From Vicugna vicugna (taxonomy: Eukaryota), in NCBI GenBank assembly GCA_013265495.1, contig MU058384.1, forward strand, positions 6,530,956 through 6,573,522: a stretch of 42,567 nucleotides of DNA. The letters are read 5' to 3'. Shown piece after piece: positions 12,191 to 23,179 of the stretch (position 1 is its first letter; the number at the start of each line of letters is the position of its first letter). Both the position numbers and the translations under genes were made by a program. The notes under the pieces were generated by a model. It searched no databases. It saw only the letters and a program-made list of their open reading frames with translations, and was not told the DNA's origin.

Positions 12191-14052
12191 AGTACCGAAT
12201 ACAGAAATATGGAAAGGCGTTCTAGCCTTTCTTGCCTTTGGCAATGAAGTCATCTTTGATTCTACTTGTTTTCTTCAATGTTCCCTCCTCCTACATTGAT
12301 TATCTTTGGCTGCCATAGATTCCTTTGGAATAGCACCTGTAGACAAATTCCTCACAGTTACAGTTTCCAGATTTATTCTGGTTTGTGAGAATTCCTGATT
12401 TGCTTCCATATTGGTTTATCATTCCACACTTATTCTTGCATTCTAACTACATGAATGCTCCAGTTAACAGTAAATGTCCCCTTTCTTTCTCAGCTTTAAA
12501 ACTTAGGTTTTATTTTTCTAATATGATTTTAAAGGACTTTATGGAAATATTTAAGAAATTTTGAGGTTTTTAGCCTCAATATACTGAGTTTTGTGCCATA
12601 AATCCACCTTTCCATTTGTACTTTGTTACACGATGCCCTGCTTATTTCCTTATTACTCCTTCTCTCGATTAGCTGTTGTGACATTCAGTGTCTATAGCCT
12701 GTTTGCCCACTGCCACATTCTTCATCACACCCTGGTTCTCTGTTGCCCTTAACAGGCAATTCTGGATGCCTAATTCACTGACTTTTTTTTTTTTTTCAAG
12801 AAAGCAAAGCGAGGATTTTTTAAGGGATGTACACTCTCAAGGGGCGAGTGGGAAGACTCAGGTGAGTAGGTGCCTCACTGACTTTGAATCTCATTCAGTT
12901 TCTTCATCTTCTTCCTTCCATAGCTTCACTTGTTGCCCCACATACAGCTGTGATTCCCTTCTCTTAACACACTCTTTTCCTGCTGAAATCAGCCATGAGT
13001 CCTCAGTAATGCCTTCCTATTCCCACCAAAAGGACTTTCCATCTGGTATTTAGTCTTTTTTTCACTACAACAGACAGCACTCATGAAATGCTATTTTTAA
13101 TTTATGTAACTAAACTCAAATGCTCTCTGAAATAGAAATAATGAACCAGTCTTCTACTCAATATCATGACAACCTCCACCCCACCCACCCAATACAGTCA
13201 TATGAAGTCCCGGTGTCTGGAGAGTGGAGGGAAACCCTTCAAGAAGATGGCATGCCTCTGACACCAGCTTGTCTCCAACCTTCTTATTTTCCAAATAGGG
13301 TGACAAACACATATATAAGACCCATAAGCCAAATGTTGTGGCCTTCTTCTTTGATTAGGAAGGATCTTTGGTTGAATTTTGTCACTGTTTGTTCCTGATT
13401 TCAGAGAAGGAAGAAAGAATAGCTCATGACAAAGAAACCAATATTCAGCACCCTGTATGCAAGATACTTGGCAGTGCAACAAAGCAGACCCTTTACAAGT
13501 TACCAAAGCTTTCTTAAAAATTATATATTAAATGAGCATTTGTTAAATGTATCTGGCCTTGCAATGACTTGGTTCTGCCTTCCAGGGCCCTCGTATCTGG
13601 TAGTGGCTGAGTGAACTGAGCAACCAAGGGCAGTGGGTGGGGTAGGGGTAAGACTTTTTGTGGTATCTGTGTTCATTAAGGCTACCTTAAATGGAACAAA
13701 CTAGGCCCCAAACAAGAAGCCACTATGCAGATGACTTGGACCTCCATAACACTTTAACATCTCTACAGTTCTCTAGTTCTCTTTTACATCTCTCCCTGTC
13801 ATCCCTTTAGCAATACCCTTTTGCCCTCTCTCTCATCATTCCCTGATGTGCCTCTGCTTCCACTGGCTTTCCAGCATCCCCCTTGACTGTGCCTACTGGC
13901 TGGTCTTCAAGGTCACATACTCTAAGTCTTCCTCCTCTCCCTTCCCCTCATTCCACACATCAAGCTTTTCTTATCCTCTCAGCTTCTTACTTGATTATTA
14001 GTTCCTTGAGAGGTGGAACTAAATCTAATCTGTATTTTCCTCCTGGCATACA

Positions 14053-14200
14053 GAACAGAAATCTCACACAGGGATACAGCACTGTGCAAAAGTACAATAT
14101 ATGTATGTAGGGAGAATGGATATTGAGAACAGAAATCTCACACAGGGATACAGCACTGTGCAAAAGTACAATATATGTATGTAGGGAGAATGGATATTGA
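14053..14200. repeat. perfect 74-bp tandem duplication (2 copies)
   Basis: 14053-14126 is identical to 14127-14200 (GAACAGAAATCTCAC...GAATGGATATTGA). Confidence 0.97.
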
Positions 14201-14289
14201 CTCTGTCCCTCAAGATCTTGCTGGCTTACAGGCTGACTGATAAAATGTTCATGGGTAAAAATACAACAGCGTTTTAGCCTTCTTAGAAA

Positions 14290-14560
14290 ATATTTAAATA
14301 TTTTTATTATGAATATAAACATGCTCATTTTGAAAACTTTAGCAAAGCAGAATTATATGAAGCTGAGACCCTGTTTTTTCTCATCCTCTAGCACACTACC
14401 TAGAGAGATCCATGATTTATCTCTTCTTCTAAATATGTTCTGTGCATACACTGTTATCACACAATTTATAATATATGAGATACTTTATAATAAAGATATC
14501 TATATATTTTTACATATATTTATATAGATACATATATCTATATAAACAAATTTCTTTATT
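14290..14560 (-). mobile_element. old L1ME 3' end fragment / AT-rich low complexity
   Basis: TTTTATTATGAATATAAACATGCTCATTTTGAAAACTTTAG..AAAGCAGAA resembles antisense L1ME termini. Confidence 0.4.
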
Positions 14561-16004
14561 TTAACAACCATGAAAAAAACACATGATGGTCTTGCCTGCA
14601 TTCTTTAACAGTGAATACCAAACTGGATGTTTCCTTATGACTCAGGTTTATCTAAATGAACACCTATCACTATACACCAATGCTTTAGAGCCTATTGCTT
14701 CCTGAAATCCTGTGATGCCCTCTTAAACTGCTGACTTGGCAAATGTTTTCTTCCAGGAATGACAGAGAGCACTGTATTTTTCCTGTGCCTGGTTTTAGTA
14801 CGTCCTGCTTAGCTGTCAGTTATTGCTTTTTGTTGCTATCAGTCTGCTTGTTTCTTTTCTCCTAATTTGCCACCCTTAATTGATTATATGTTTGCAAATT
14901 AGATTACCAGGTTCACTAGCCATGTGCATAAAGTGAAGGTGGAGAAATTCTGAGAGGGCTTCAGAGAATCTTCTTGAGATGTGTCCACCTTTGGTCATGG
15001 GCTCTGAGATTTGAGAGTTACGTGCAGAAGAGTTCCGTGACAGGCTGCTGACAGATGAGACCAGCCAACTCAACCGAGATTGTCTTAATAAGTGTCCCTA
15101 GCATAGGGCTTGGTTCTGAACTGGGGAATGTCTCTAGTTGGCAGAGACACAAAGAATTCAACTCTGACCTAAAAAAAAAAGCTTATAAAAACAACAACAA
15201 AAATTAACTTTCTGGCTAATAGCTATGAGGTTGCTTAAACTTGAAGCCATGTGAATTGTGAAAGTAACTCAGAACCATCACTGGCTTCAACATTCACACA
15301 TATTAAAGACATAAAAAGAAAATAAAGGAGTGGGGGCAGGGGGAGAAATCTCTGTCAGTAGCTTTGAGCTGCCTCATTTTTTTAATGGAAAAATTGCTAC
15401 AAATGGGTTCTTCAGCATATGTTATTAATTTCATTATCCTGGCTTCTTGCCAGCTAAGCATCAAGCCCTGGTTTTTGTGATTTCAGTTGCAACTAGTAAA
15501 ACTCATGTGGGCATTAACAGAAACAGACAAGAGAACTTTTTTTCCCCAAATCAACTCCAAGTGACTGTTTTAAAGATTTTATTTTATAAAACTAGTTGGA
15601 ACATTTGTTTTTATTGATGAAAAAAATTATGCTTTCCTAAAATATGATACTCCCAGCTTATACCAACCTTATTTGAAGAAGCCTGAATGAATTATTTACA
15701 GTTACAGTAAAATATATTTAAGTAATGTTTAACAATGTGTAACATTTTATAAACACTCATATAATTTTTCGTTTCCTTTATTACTGTACTACATAGATTT
15801 TTTATAATAATGAAGACTATGAGAGCGAAAATGCTTTCATTCTAGATGAAATGGTGAGAAAGCTTTAAACACAGAACAGCAAATTTAGTATCAAAATTTT
15901 ACCATGAAGGTTCTTTTCTTTATTTTTTTGAGATCATATAGTTATATTATGAAAAGTCATCATTTAAGTCACAAAAATGCACAGGGATTAGCATCATCCC
16001 TCAT

Positions 16005-16283
16005 CTTTAAGCTGACATTTATTGAATGCCAGTTGTAAGTCAGGCACTTTAATAATACCATTTGCTGTTTATCCAGCACTCATTATGTACCAAGCAATGT
16101 GGTGAGTGTTTTACATATATAGTTCTTTCAAAGAATTCCCTACAAACCTTTGATCCAGATGTTTCCATCCCCAACTACAAATGAAAAACTAAAATCAGAA
16201 GGAGTATGTCTTGCCCAAGGTCATACTGCTAATAAATGTGAATGGGGAATTCAAATCCGTGGGGGGCATCTGACTCTAAAAGC
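16005..16283 (-). mobile_element. MIR SINE
   Basis: ACATTTATTGAATGC, TTTTACATATAT, ACAAATGAAAAACTAA, CTTGCCCAAGGTCATAC, GGAATTCAAATCC, TCTGACTCTAAAAGCC. Confidence 0.85.
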
Positions 16284-16397
16284 CAGGGTGGCCAATTGTC
16301 CCAGTTTGCCAGAGACTGAGGAGTTGCACTGGATGAGGCACCTGGGGTCTTATAACTGGAAAATTACTAGGTGACTTGAGATGAGTTGCTTACCCAA
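16284..16397 (-). mobile_element. MER81-like hAT-Blackjack MITE inserted in the MIR head
   Basis: CAGGGTGGCCAATTGTCCCAGTTTGCCAGAGACTGAGG...GAGTTGCTTACCCAA; 114 bp. Confidence 0.7.
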
Positions 16398-16647
16398 TCA
16401 GAATCTTTCATTTTAGCTGCCACACCAGCCCTTATCTTGGTCTGCCCAGCCCCTCATGCTCTTTCATTTCAAAGCCCATCCATTGCCTGAATTCTGCATT
16501 CTTTCTTTAATTCCTGAGCAATAGTCCTCATGCTAAAAAAAACAAAAAACAAACAAAAAAAACCCTCATGCTACATTAGAGTTTTAATTTTTTAAATCCT
16601 CCTAACAATGCAAGATGTTTAAAATTGACATATTCATTTTACAAATG

Positions 16648-16990
16648 CATTCATTAATTTATTCAACAATTATTTATTGAATGTCCCCCATGTACCAGAC
16701 ACAGGGGCTGCAATGACAAACAAGACAAAGTCTTACTTTTGTGGAGCTTACATTCACATGAAGGGAGACAGATAAGAAACAAGTAAGTATATGCTACATC
16801 TGCTGGTGATCCAGTGGGTGAAGCAGAGTGAGGAAAACAGAGATTGGTCATGATCTGTTATTTCATATGTTGTAGTCAGAGAAGGTGTGAGCAATATTGG
16901 GGCAGGAGGGAGCTTGGCATGAAGGCTATGAGGCTGGAGCTGAGAAAGTAAAGGGAGTGTTAGATAAGGCCTCCTTAAAGGTAGGCTAAG
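16648..16990 (-). mobile_element. L2 3' end
   Basis: TTCAACAATTATTTATTGAATG...ATGTACCAGACAC...AACAAGACAAAGTC...TGGAGCTTACATTC...GGGAGACAGATAA. Confidence 0.85.
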
Positions 16991-17379
16991 AAAACTCTTG
17001 GGAGGCAGTTGGGTAGAAACGTGAGGTTTTTTTTTTTTTTTTTAACTCTTCCCCTCTTTCTCCATCCAGAAAGCATAAAAGCAGACTGCACAATTTAGAA
17101 AATGCTTCCCTGAAAGCTCTTACTTTGCAATTTGGCCCTGGTGGCCAGGACCAAGTTAGGAGTTAGGACAGGGTGCGTAGAAAGAACTACAGGGTGATGA
17201 AAAAGAATTATACCTAAAGTCTCATGTTTCTGAACTTTATTATGATTCACAAGGTATGGCTTGAGATGGGTGAAATTCAGTCATACAATTTGAAGACTTC
17301 TTGGGCCACTAAATCAAATTAGATATCTATTGGCCGTAAGTTCTCTCAGGTTTTTTGGATCCTAGCTATGTGAACATAA

Positions 17380-17625
17380 AAACAATAATGACAATAATCC
17401 CATGAAATAGTAATTTACAGTTCTCAACGCCGTTTTCTTAGCATGATTATTCCTTGCAAAATCCTGTAGGGTAGGCAGGGAGCATATCAACAATGCCATT
17501 TTATACACGACGAGATTGAGGTTCATAAAAGTAAAAGATAACCTGTCGGAAGCCATATTTATAGACGGTGATGGAGCCAGGACTAGAACACAGACCTTAT
17601 TCTTAATTCGATGTTTCCATCTATG
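17380..17625 (-). mobile_element. MIR SINE
   Basis: AAATCCTGTAGGGTAGGCAGGG, CCATTTTATACAC...GATTGAGGTTCA, GGAGCCAGGACTAGAACACAG. Confidence 0.75.
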
Positions 17626-17843
17626 GTCTGCATGTCATTCTGAAGTGAGTTCATCACTGGAAAGTGTACATCAAGAGAAAAGTGTCAAGTCAATAAGCAC
17701 CTGTCTCCTTGGGCGACATCAAGCACCATTTCATTGTACAGCCAAAGTACCCCAATTCATTCTGCGGCATGGGGTTGAGTTCTGTGCTCATCCTGGAAAT
17801 TCTCTTTGTGTTCTGAAAAGTGTGAGGGTAAGTCAGGGTTCTT

Positions 17844-18269
17844 TTTTTTTTTTCCTGATTTTACTAACACTTTATTCCAATATAGCCAAAATATTATTAT
17901 CACAACATATAATCAATGTGAAAATTAAGGAATTATTTTCTGTCCTTTATTCCAACAAATTTTGAGATCTATATATTTTATATTTACAGCACATCTCAAT
18001 TTTTTATAAGCCACACTCTAAATGTTCAGCAGCCACATTTAGTACTGGCTACCATCTTAGACAGGGTAACATTAAAACATTACAAACAAACCCATCCAAA
18101 AACTTATTCCAGTATTTTAAATATAAGATTCCAGTTGCAGATAAATAACATAGTGTGAAAATCAAGTCCTTAACTATTTTTCAGGGAACCAGAAAAATAC
18201 ACACTCATGGGTAAAATGTAATTATTTAAGTGGCAAAATATATACCCTCAACATAAATAAGAAGTTGGA
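17844..18269 (-). pseudogene. L1-mediated retroposed insertion of a polyadenylated non-LINE RNA 3' end (5'-truncated retrocopy or orphan transduction)
   Basis: Perfect 15-bp TSD TAAGTCAGGGTTCTT at 17829-17843 and 18270-18284; minus-strand target TT/AAGA; poly(A) seen as a T run ending at 17853; minus-strand AATAAA (17871-17876) 17 nt before the tail. Confidence 0.8.
17854..18070. mobile_element. MER33-like hAT-Charlie fragment, truncated at the retrocopy poly(A) site
   Basis: CCAAAATATTATTATCACAACATATAATCAAT...TTACAGCACATCTCAAT...AGCCACA...CAGCCACATTTAGTACTGGCTACCATCTTAGACAG. Confidence 0.8.
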
Positions 18270-18499
18270 TAAGTCAGGGTTCTTAATCTCACTGTGTCAA
18301 TCACCTTCCTTCTGATCATCTTCAGATCCCCATTACCCTTTCTTCAAGAACATCTGTTTAATCTCTACGAAAGTAGATCTACCAGCCCTTTATTCTTCTA
18401 CTCTCACACAGGAAAAATGAAATCATTAAGTATTTCAAAACACATTGGTCTCAACTGAGAAAAATATGTTACTCTCTGTTTTTCCCCCAGTATCTCCTC

Positions 18500-19298
18500 C
18501 TTTATCTACATGTTCAGAGCTCACTTATCCTTAAAAAAAGAAAAAACTATTTGATTCTCACCTTTCTTCAAATTACTTCCCCATCTCTCTGATTTTCTCA
18601 AGTTTCTTTCAAAAATTTCATTCTCTATCTTCTTTCTTCCTCACCCTGTTCTCCCTTTAATCAATCATTGAATATTGTCATTTTTGCTGTTCAAATCACC
18701 TTCCCCCCTTCATCCTTTGAGACTGTCCAAGTTTCAGCCTTCTTTTTATTTCTTTCATTCAGTTCAGCCTCTCACTGGTGCTCCTTTCACCAGTTTCTTC
18801 CTGATTTCATCTGTCCTCACATTGCTGCAGAATGATCTTCCCAGTCCAAACTGATCATGACAGTCTCCACTGCAGAGAAACCTTTGTTGACTTTCCATGA
18901 CCTGTAATACGTAATCCGAATTCCTTTGCTTGGCACACGAGACTCCTCACGAGCGGATCCCAAATCTCCTTTTCAAGCTTTATTTCCTGCCTCAATCAGT
19001 CTTCCTCCTTTCATGGCTCCATGCAGGTGCAAATGCTGTTCCCTCTGCCTGGGAAAAGCTCATTCATCCTCCAACACCCGCTCAGGGGTCACCTTCTCCC
19101 ATTCCCCTGTGTGATTCCAAAGTCTTGATTACCCTCTTTCAGCAGTTCCTGCCATGTGGCACGACCACTTTTCCCTTATGTATTCTTCTCCCTGGCTGTG
19201 CTGGGTTGGGCTCACTGCCTGGCATATAGTAGGTTCTTCACAAACTTTTCAGTCAATATTGGTATGAACAAAGAAATGCACAAATGGAGTGAGTGAAT
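18500..19298 (+). mobile_element. L2 LINE 3' region
   Basis: CAGCCTCTCACTGGT, CACATTGCTGCAGAATGATCTT, CTGATCATG, ATGCTGTTCCCTCTGCCTGGGA, TGCCTGGCATATAGTAGG. Confidence 0.8.
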
Positions 19299-19789
19299 TG
19301 GGTGACTTCATTACGTAAGTATCAACACATATGCCCCTTTTTCACCACAAGGGAAAATAAGTTCAACTTTGCAATAAATAACTGTATGGAAGTGTGTTGT
19401 GTGTGTGTACTATTTGCCCTAGTATGTGGTGTGTGTGTATGCATGTGTATACACATTTGCCCTAGTGATTATTCCCTAAGTGTATTTCAACTACTATAGT
19501 TTTAACAGCTGCCATACATGTAAATATTGCAATAAATTTAAGCTTGCAGTTTTATGGCATGAAAGTGAAAATGAAAAATTCCAGTGAAACACTAGACTGC
19601 AGCAGTATCAGAGGCTGAACATTACAGATCATATCACAAGATGTAAAACCATAGAAAGCAGTGAACCTTTTTTGACCTCTGACAAAAACGCACCATTAAG
19701 GGACTAATAACACATAGTTTTTATAATTAAAAGATAGCTGTATATCACAAACTGTGAACTTTAGTTAATTCTCTATTAAATTAAGATCA

Positions 19790-19905
19790 ATATGATGAAA
19801 TATCCAGTAATATGTTAATTGTTATTTCCCTCTATTATTTTGTATTTTCTAATTTGTCTATAACTGGCATATATTACTTTAATAATGGGAAAACAAGAAA
19901 AAAAT
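19790..19905 (+). mobile_element. old L1ME 3' terminus
   Basis: TTTTGTATTTTCTAATTTGTCTATAACTGGCATATATTACTTTAATAAT followed by an A-rich tail. Confidence 0.5.
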
Positions 19906-20040
19906 AGCATAGCCACACAACTAGGTCAAAGAAAAGTTAATCAATGGTTAGATGTAATTTTTAGCTGCTTAGATATTTTAATTTTGTCTTTAGTAACTCT
20001 AATCTTCTTAATTCCTTTTAAAATAAACTCTTTCTCTTAG

Positions 20041-20813
20041 TTTTTTTAAATAGACTATTTTTAGAAAAGTTCTAGGTTCACAGCAGAATTGAGCAGAAGG
20101 TACAGAGATTTCCCATATACACCCTACCTCACACGTGCATGGCCTCCCTCATTATCAGCATCCCTCCCAGAGTGGGTCATTTGTTAAAATCAATAAACCT
20201 ACACTGACTGACATATTATTATCACCCAAAGTCCATAATTTACATCAGGGTTCACTCTTGATGTTGTACACTCTACAGATTTGGACAAATGTATAGTGAC
20301 TTGTATCCATCAATATAGTGTCATATAGAATAGTTTCACTTTCCTAAAAATCTTCTATGGTCATCCTATTCATCCCTCCCTCTCCACTAACTCCTGACAA
20401 CCACTTATCATTTTACTGACTCCATAGTTTCACTTTTTTTCTAGATGCCATATAACTGGAAGTATACAGTATGTTACCTCTTCAGATTGGCTTCTTTCAC
20501 TTACTAATATGCATTTAAACTTCCTTCATGTTTTTTCATGGCTTGATAGTTCATTTCTTTTTAGTGCTGAATAATATACCATCGTCTGGATTTACCACAG
20601 TTTATCTATTTACCTACTGAAGTACATCTTGGTTGCTTCCAAGTTTTTGGCAACTATGAAGAAGGCTGCTATAAACATCTATGTGTAGGTTTATGTCTGG
20701 ACAAAGTTTTCATCTCCTTTGGGTAAGTATGAAGGAGACCCCTGGCTGGACAATATGGTAGATCATGTTTAGTTTTGCAGAAACCATCAAACTTGTCTTC
20801 CAAAGTGGTTGCA
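20041..20813 (-). mobile_element. L1MC1-like 3' end
   Basis: TAGGTTCACAGCAGAATTGAGCAGAAGGTACAGAGATTTCCCATATACCC, ATCACCCAAAGTCCATA, CAGATTGGCTTCTTTCACTTA, GTACATCTTGGTTGCTTCCAAG. Confidence 0.9.
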
Positions 20814-21607
20814 GTTTGCTTCTAATTTTCAGAATAATTTGTTTGTTGTAGGAAAACTCTTAAGGACAAAAACACCCCTAAAGAATATTTGTTTTCCATA
20901 ATTACACTAGCCTTTGCAAACTACTGTTAGTATGTTGGCTTATTACCTCCATATGTCTCCCTTACTGAGTCATTTAGTGTATACATTTTGTGTCTTCTTT
21001 TAACCTGTAAGTATTTGAATTTCTGATGATTTCCTTAGGAAAGTTAGCATCTCTGCATGAAGATGACTCCCAAATTTGTATCTGCAGCCCTGACCTTTCC
21101 ACCGAGCTCCAAACTCACATATAAAATTTCACCCTTAACGACTTCAGGCATCTCTGAGTCCAGTGGGCATCTCAAAGCCAAAGAAATAACTGACTCCTCT
21201 TCCCCATCCCCCAACATTTCCCGGATGAAATGCTTCTTCCCAAGTAATCTCATCTCATAAAATGGCCCCCAAAATGTGCTGCTTAGGTCAATAACCCAGG
21301 CATCATTCTGAATTTCTCTCCTCGCCCCTCCCTACATCTTAGTCCTGCCAGCGCTCCCTCCAGAACATGTCCTGCGAAACTGTCCACCTCTCTCTTTGTG
21401 CCTGCCACAACTTCAGTTGGCCCCATCAGCTCCTTTCTAGATTGCTTCCATCACCTTCTTACTAGTTTCTACAAAGCATGCTCCACAACACGAGCCCTTA
21501 TGAATCATAATATGACTTGAAATGTTAAACTTCCCACTTAGACTAAGATCTAAAGTTTTTAATATGACATCTAAAGCCTGTGTCTACCTCTATCTATTTC
21601 CAGTTTT

Positions 21608-21782
21608 CAGTGCTGTATTGGCAAATGTTTAAAAAGTAGGAATAATAATGGCCTTGGCTGATAGCATTTCCTAATTTTTCTGGATTATTTCAAGCACTAC
21701 ATGGTGTCACTGAATGTGGGGTTGGAGAGAGTCCTATATTCAACTCTTGGGAAGCAGTCTGAGCAGGCTCCAGCAACAAGCG
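21608..21782 (-). mobile_element. MER63A-like hAT-Blackjack MITE
   Basis: CAGTGCTGTATTGGCAAATGTTTAA...TTTCAAGC...GTGTCACTGAATGTGGGGTTGG...GGCTCCAGCA. Confidence 0.75.
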
Positions 21783-21907
21783 GGACCCCAAAACACAGGT
21801 GTTCTTTTTGTGCCTGAATACCTACCTTAGAGCCTTGTCATTTGTTCCACCAGAAGCACACGTGGCGGGTTACAGCTTGTCATTAGCTTGTCGGCTGAAA
21901 TATCACC

Positions 21908-22349
21908 TATGATGACTAACTTGATATGTCAGCCTGACTAGGTTATGGTTGTCAATTGTTGGTCAAACACCAGTCTAGATGTTTCTGAGAAGATATTTTT
22001 TATACGTAGTTAACATTTAAATCAGCAGACTTGAGTAAAGCAGATTAAATTCTATAATACGGGTGGAACCTCATCCAATTAGCTGAAAGACTGAGGTCCC
22101 CAGAAAGGGAAGGAATTCTGCTTCAAGACTGCCTTTGGACTCAACACTGCATTAATAGCTCTTCCTTGGGTTTTCAGACTGCTGACCTGCCCTGAAGACT
22201 TCAGACTTGACAGCCTCACAATCATGTCAGCCAGTTCTCTAAAAAAAAAAAACCAACATTGATATTTACACCTATATCTACATCTATACAGACAGATATA
22301 TCTCCATCTTATTGGTTCTCTTTCTCTGGAGAGCCCTGACTAACACACA
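21908..22349 (+). mobile_element. ERVL solo LTR (MLT2B-like)
   Basis: TGGTCAAACACCAGTCTAGATGTT, GAGTAAAGCAGATTA, GAAGGAATTCTGC, TATTGGTTCTCTTTCTCTGGAGAGCCCTGACTAACACA; 5-bp TSD TCACC (21903-21907 / 22350-22354). Confidence 0.92.
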
Positions 22350-22649
22350 TCACCTCTTCAATGAGAATTTACTGACAACCTCTGGTCATTCTCTAACATA
22401 TAACTCCAATTTCTTTTCTTCATTCTACAAATCACATTCTATAATATCTTTGTTTTTTAATTTAAATTTTTAAAATTTAGCACTCTCAATAACTAAAATG
22501 ATTTCTAGAAAGCTTGTAGCAAATGAAGCTATCATTGTCAATATAAATATCAATATCAGAGTGACCATCTCAATATTCCTTTATTTCATTATATATTATT
22601 ATTTGGGGAAAGCTCTGTTAATGTAACCAACCCCTTAATCATCCCCTGT

Positions 22650-23145
22650 TGCTTACAGGTCCATTATTGGAAAGAAAGTCTTTGGGTTAGACATACACAT
22701 GTGGCCCACAGAATGATACAAAATACTTCTTTACTTTTCCTCTAAGTGACCTACTGAGTTGGTGCCTACTGAGGCTACTGCAGATGGACTTTAGGGGAGT
22801 TCTCCTCCCTATTCCACTATATCAGTTTTATTTTTTTCTCTTGACCTTAGTCCTGGTGTCAGGAAGGGGTCTCCTGCAAAGTAGTCATGATCCTGCTACA
22901 AAAGGATAGGGTCAAGAAAAACGGTCCCTCCTGGCCCAGCATCACAGTGAAACATCAATAGGGCAATAAACTTGCTCACGTAACATAATACTTGTGCTCA
23001 ATCTCTCCCTTCTGCTTGTCCAATCTGTCTGTCATCCTTAGACTGAAGTCTCAGAAGGAAGGTTGGGTGAAGAACCCCCTCTAGTGAAGGATGGCCAGAG
23101 GCTTGAGTAAGGGATGTGAAATTCCATTGTACCTCCCCTTCCTAT
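22650..23145 (+). mobile_element. possible ancient LTR (unclassified) inside old L1 sequence
   Basis: GC-richer block between AT-rich L1-like flanks; TATA-like TACAAAAGG (about 22897), AATAAA (22965-22970), then a pyrimidine-rich U5-like stretch. Confidence 0.3.
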
Positions 23146-23179
23146 CACCCTACTAATCTACTAATGTCACCTTACTAAC

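Larger units (their letters stand above)
21045..22450 (+). mobile_element. L2 LINE interrupted by MER63A-like and MLT2 elements
   Basis: GATGACTCCCAAATTTGTATCTGCAGCCCTGACCTTTCC...GAGCTCCA, GGCATCTCAAA; L2 ...AAATATCACC/TCTTCA continues across the MLT2 insertion. Confidence 0.85.

Noticed and set aside
14053..14200. Direct repeat considered as a CRISPR-like array
   Set aside because: Two adjacent copies with no spacer, in a mammalian genome
14519..14546. 12-bp perfect inverted repeat TTTATATAGATA / TATCTATATAAA
   Set aside because: Lies in a TA-rich low-complexity tract where self-complementarity is expected
17516..17965. 149-aa ORF
   Set aside because: Runs through a MIR, unique DNA, the retrocopy poly(T) and MER33; a chance read-through
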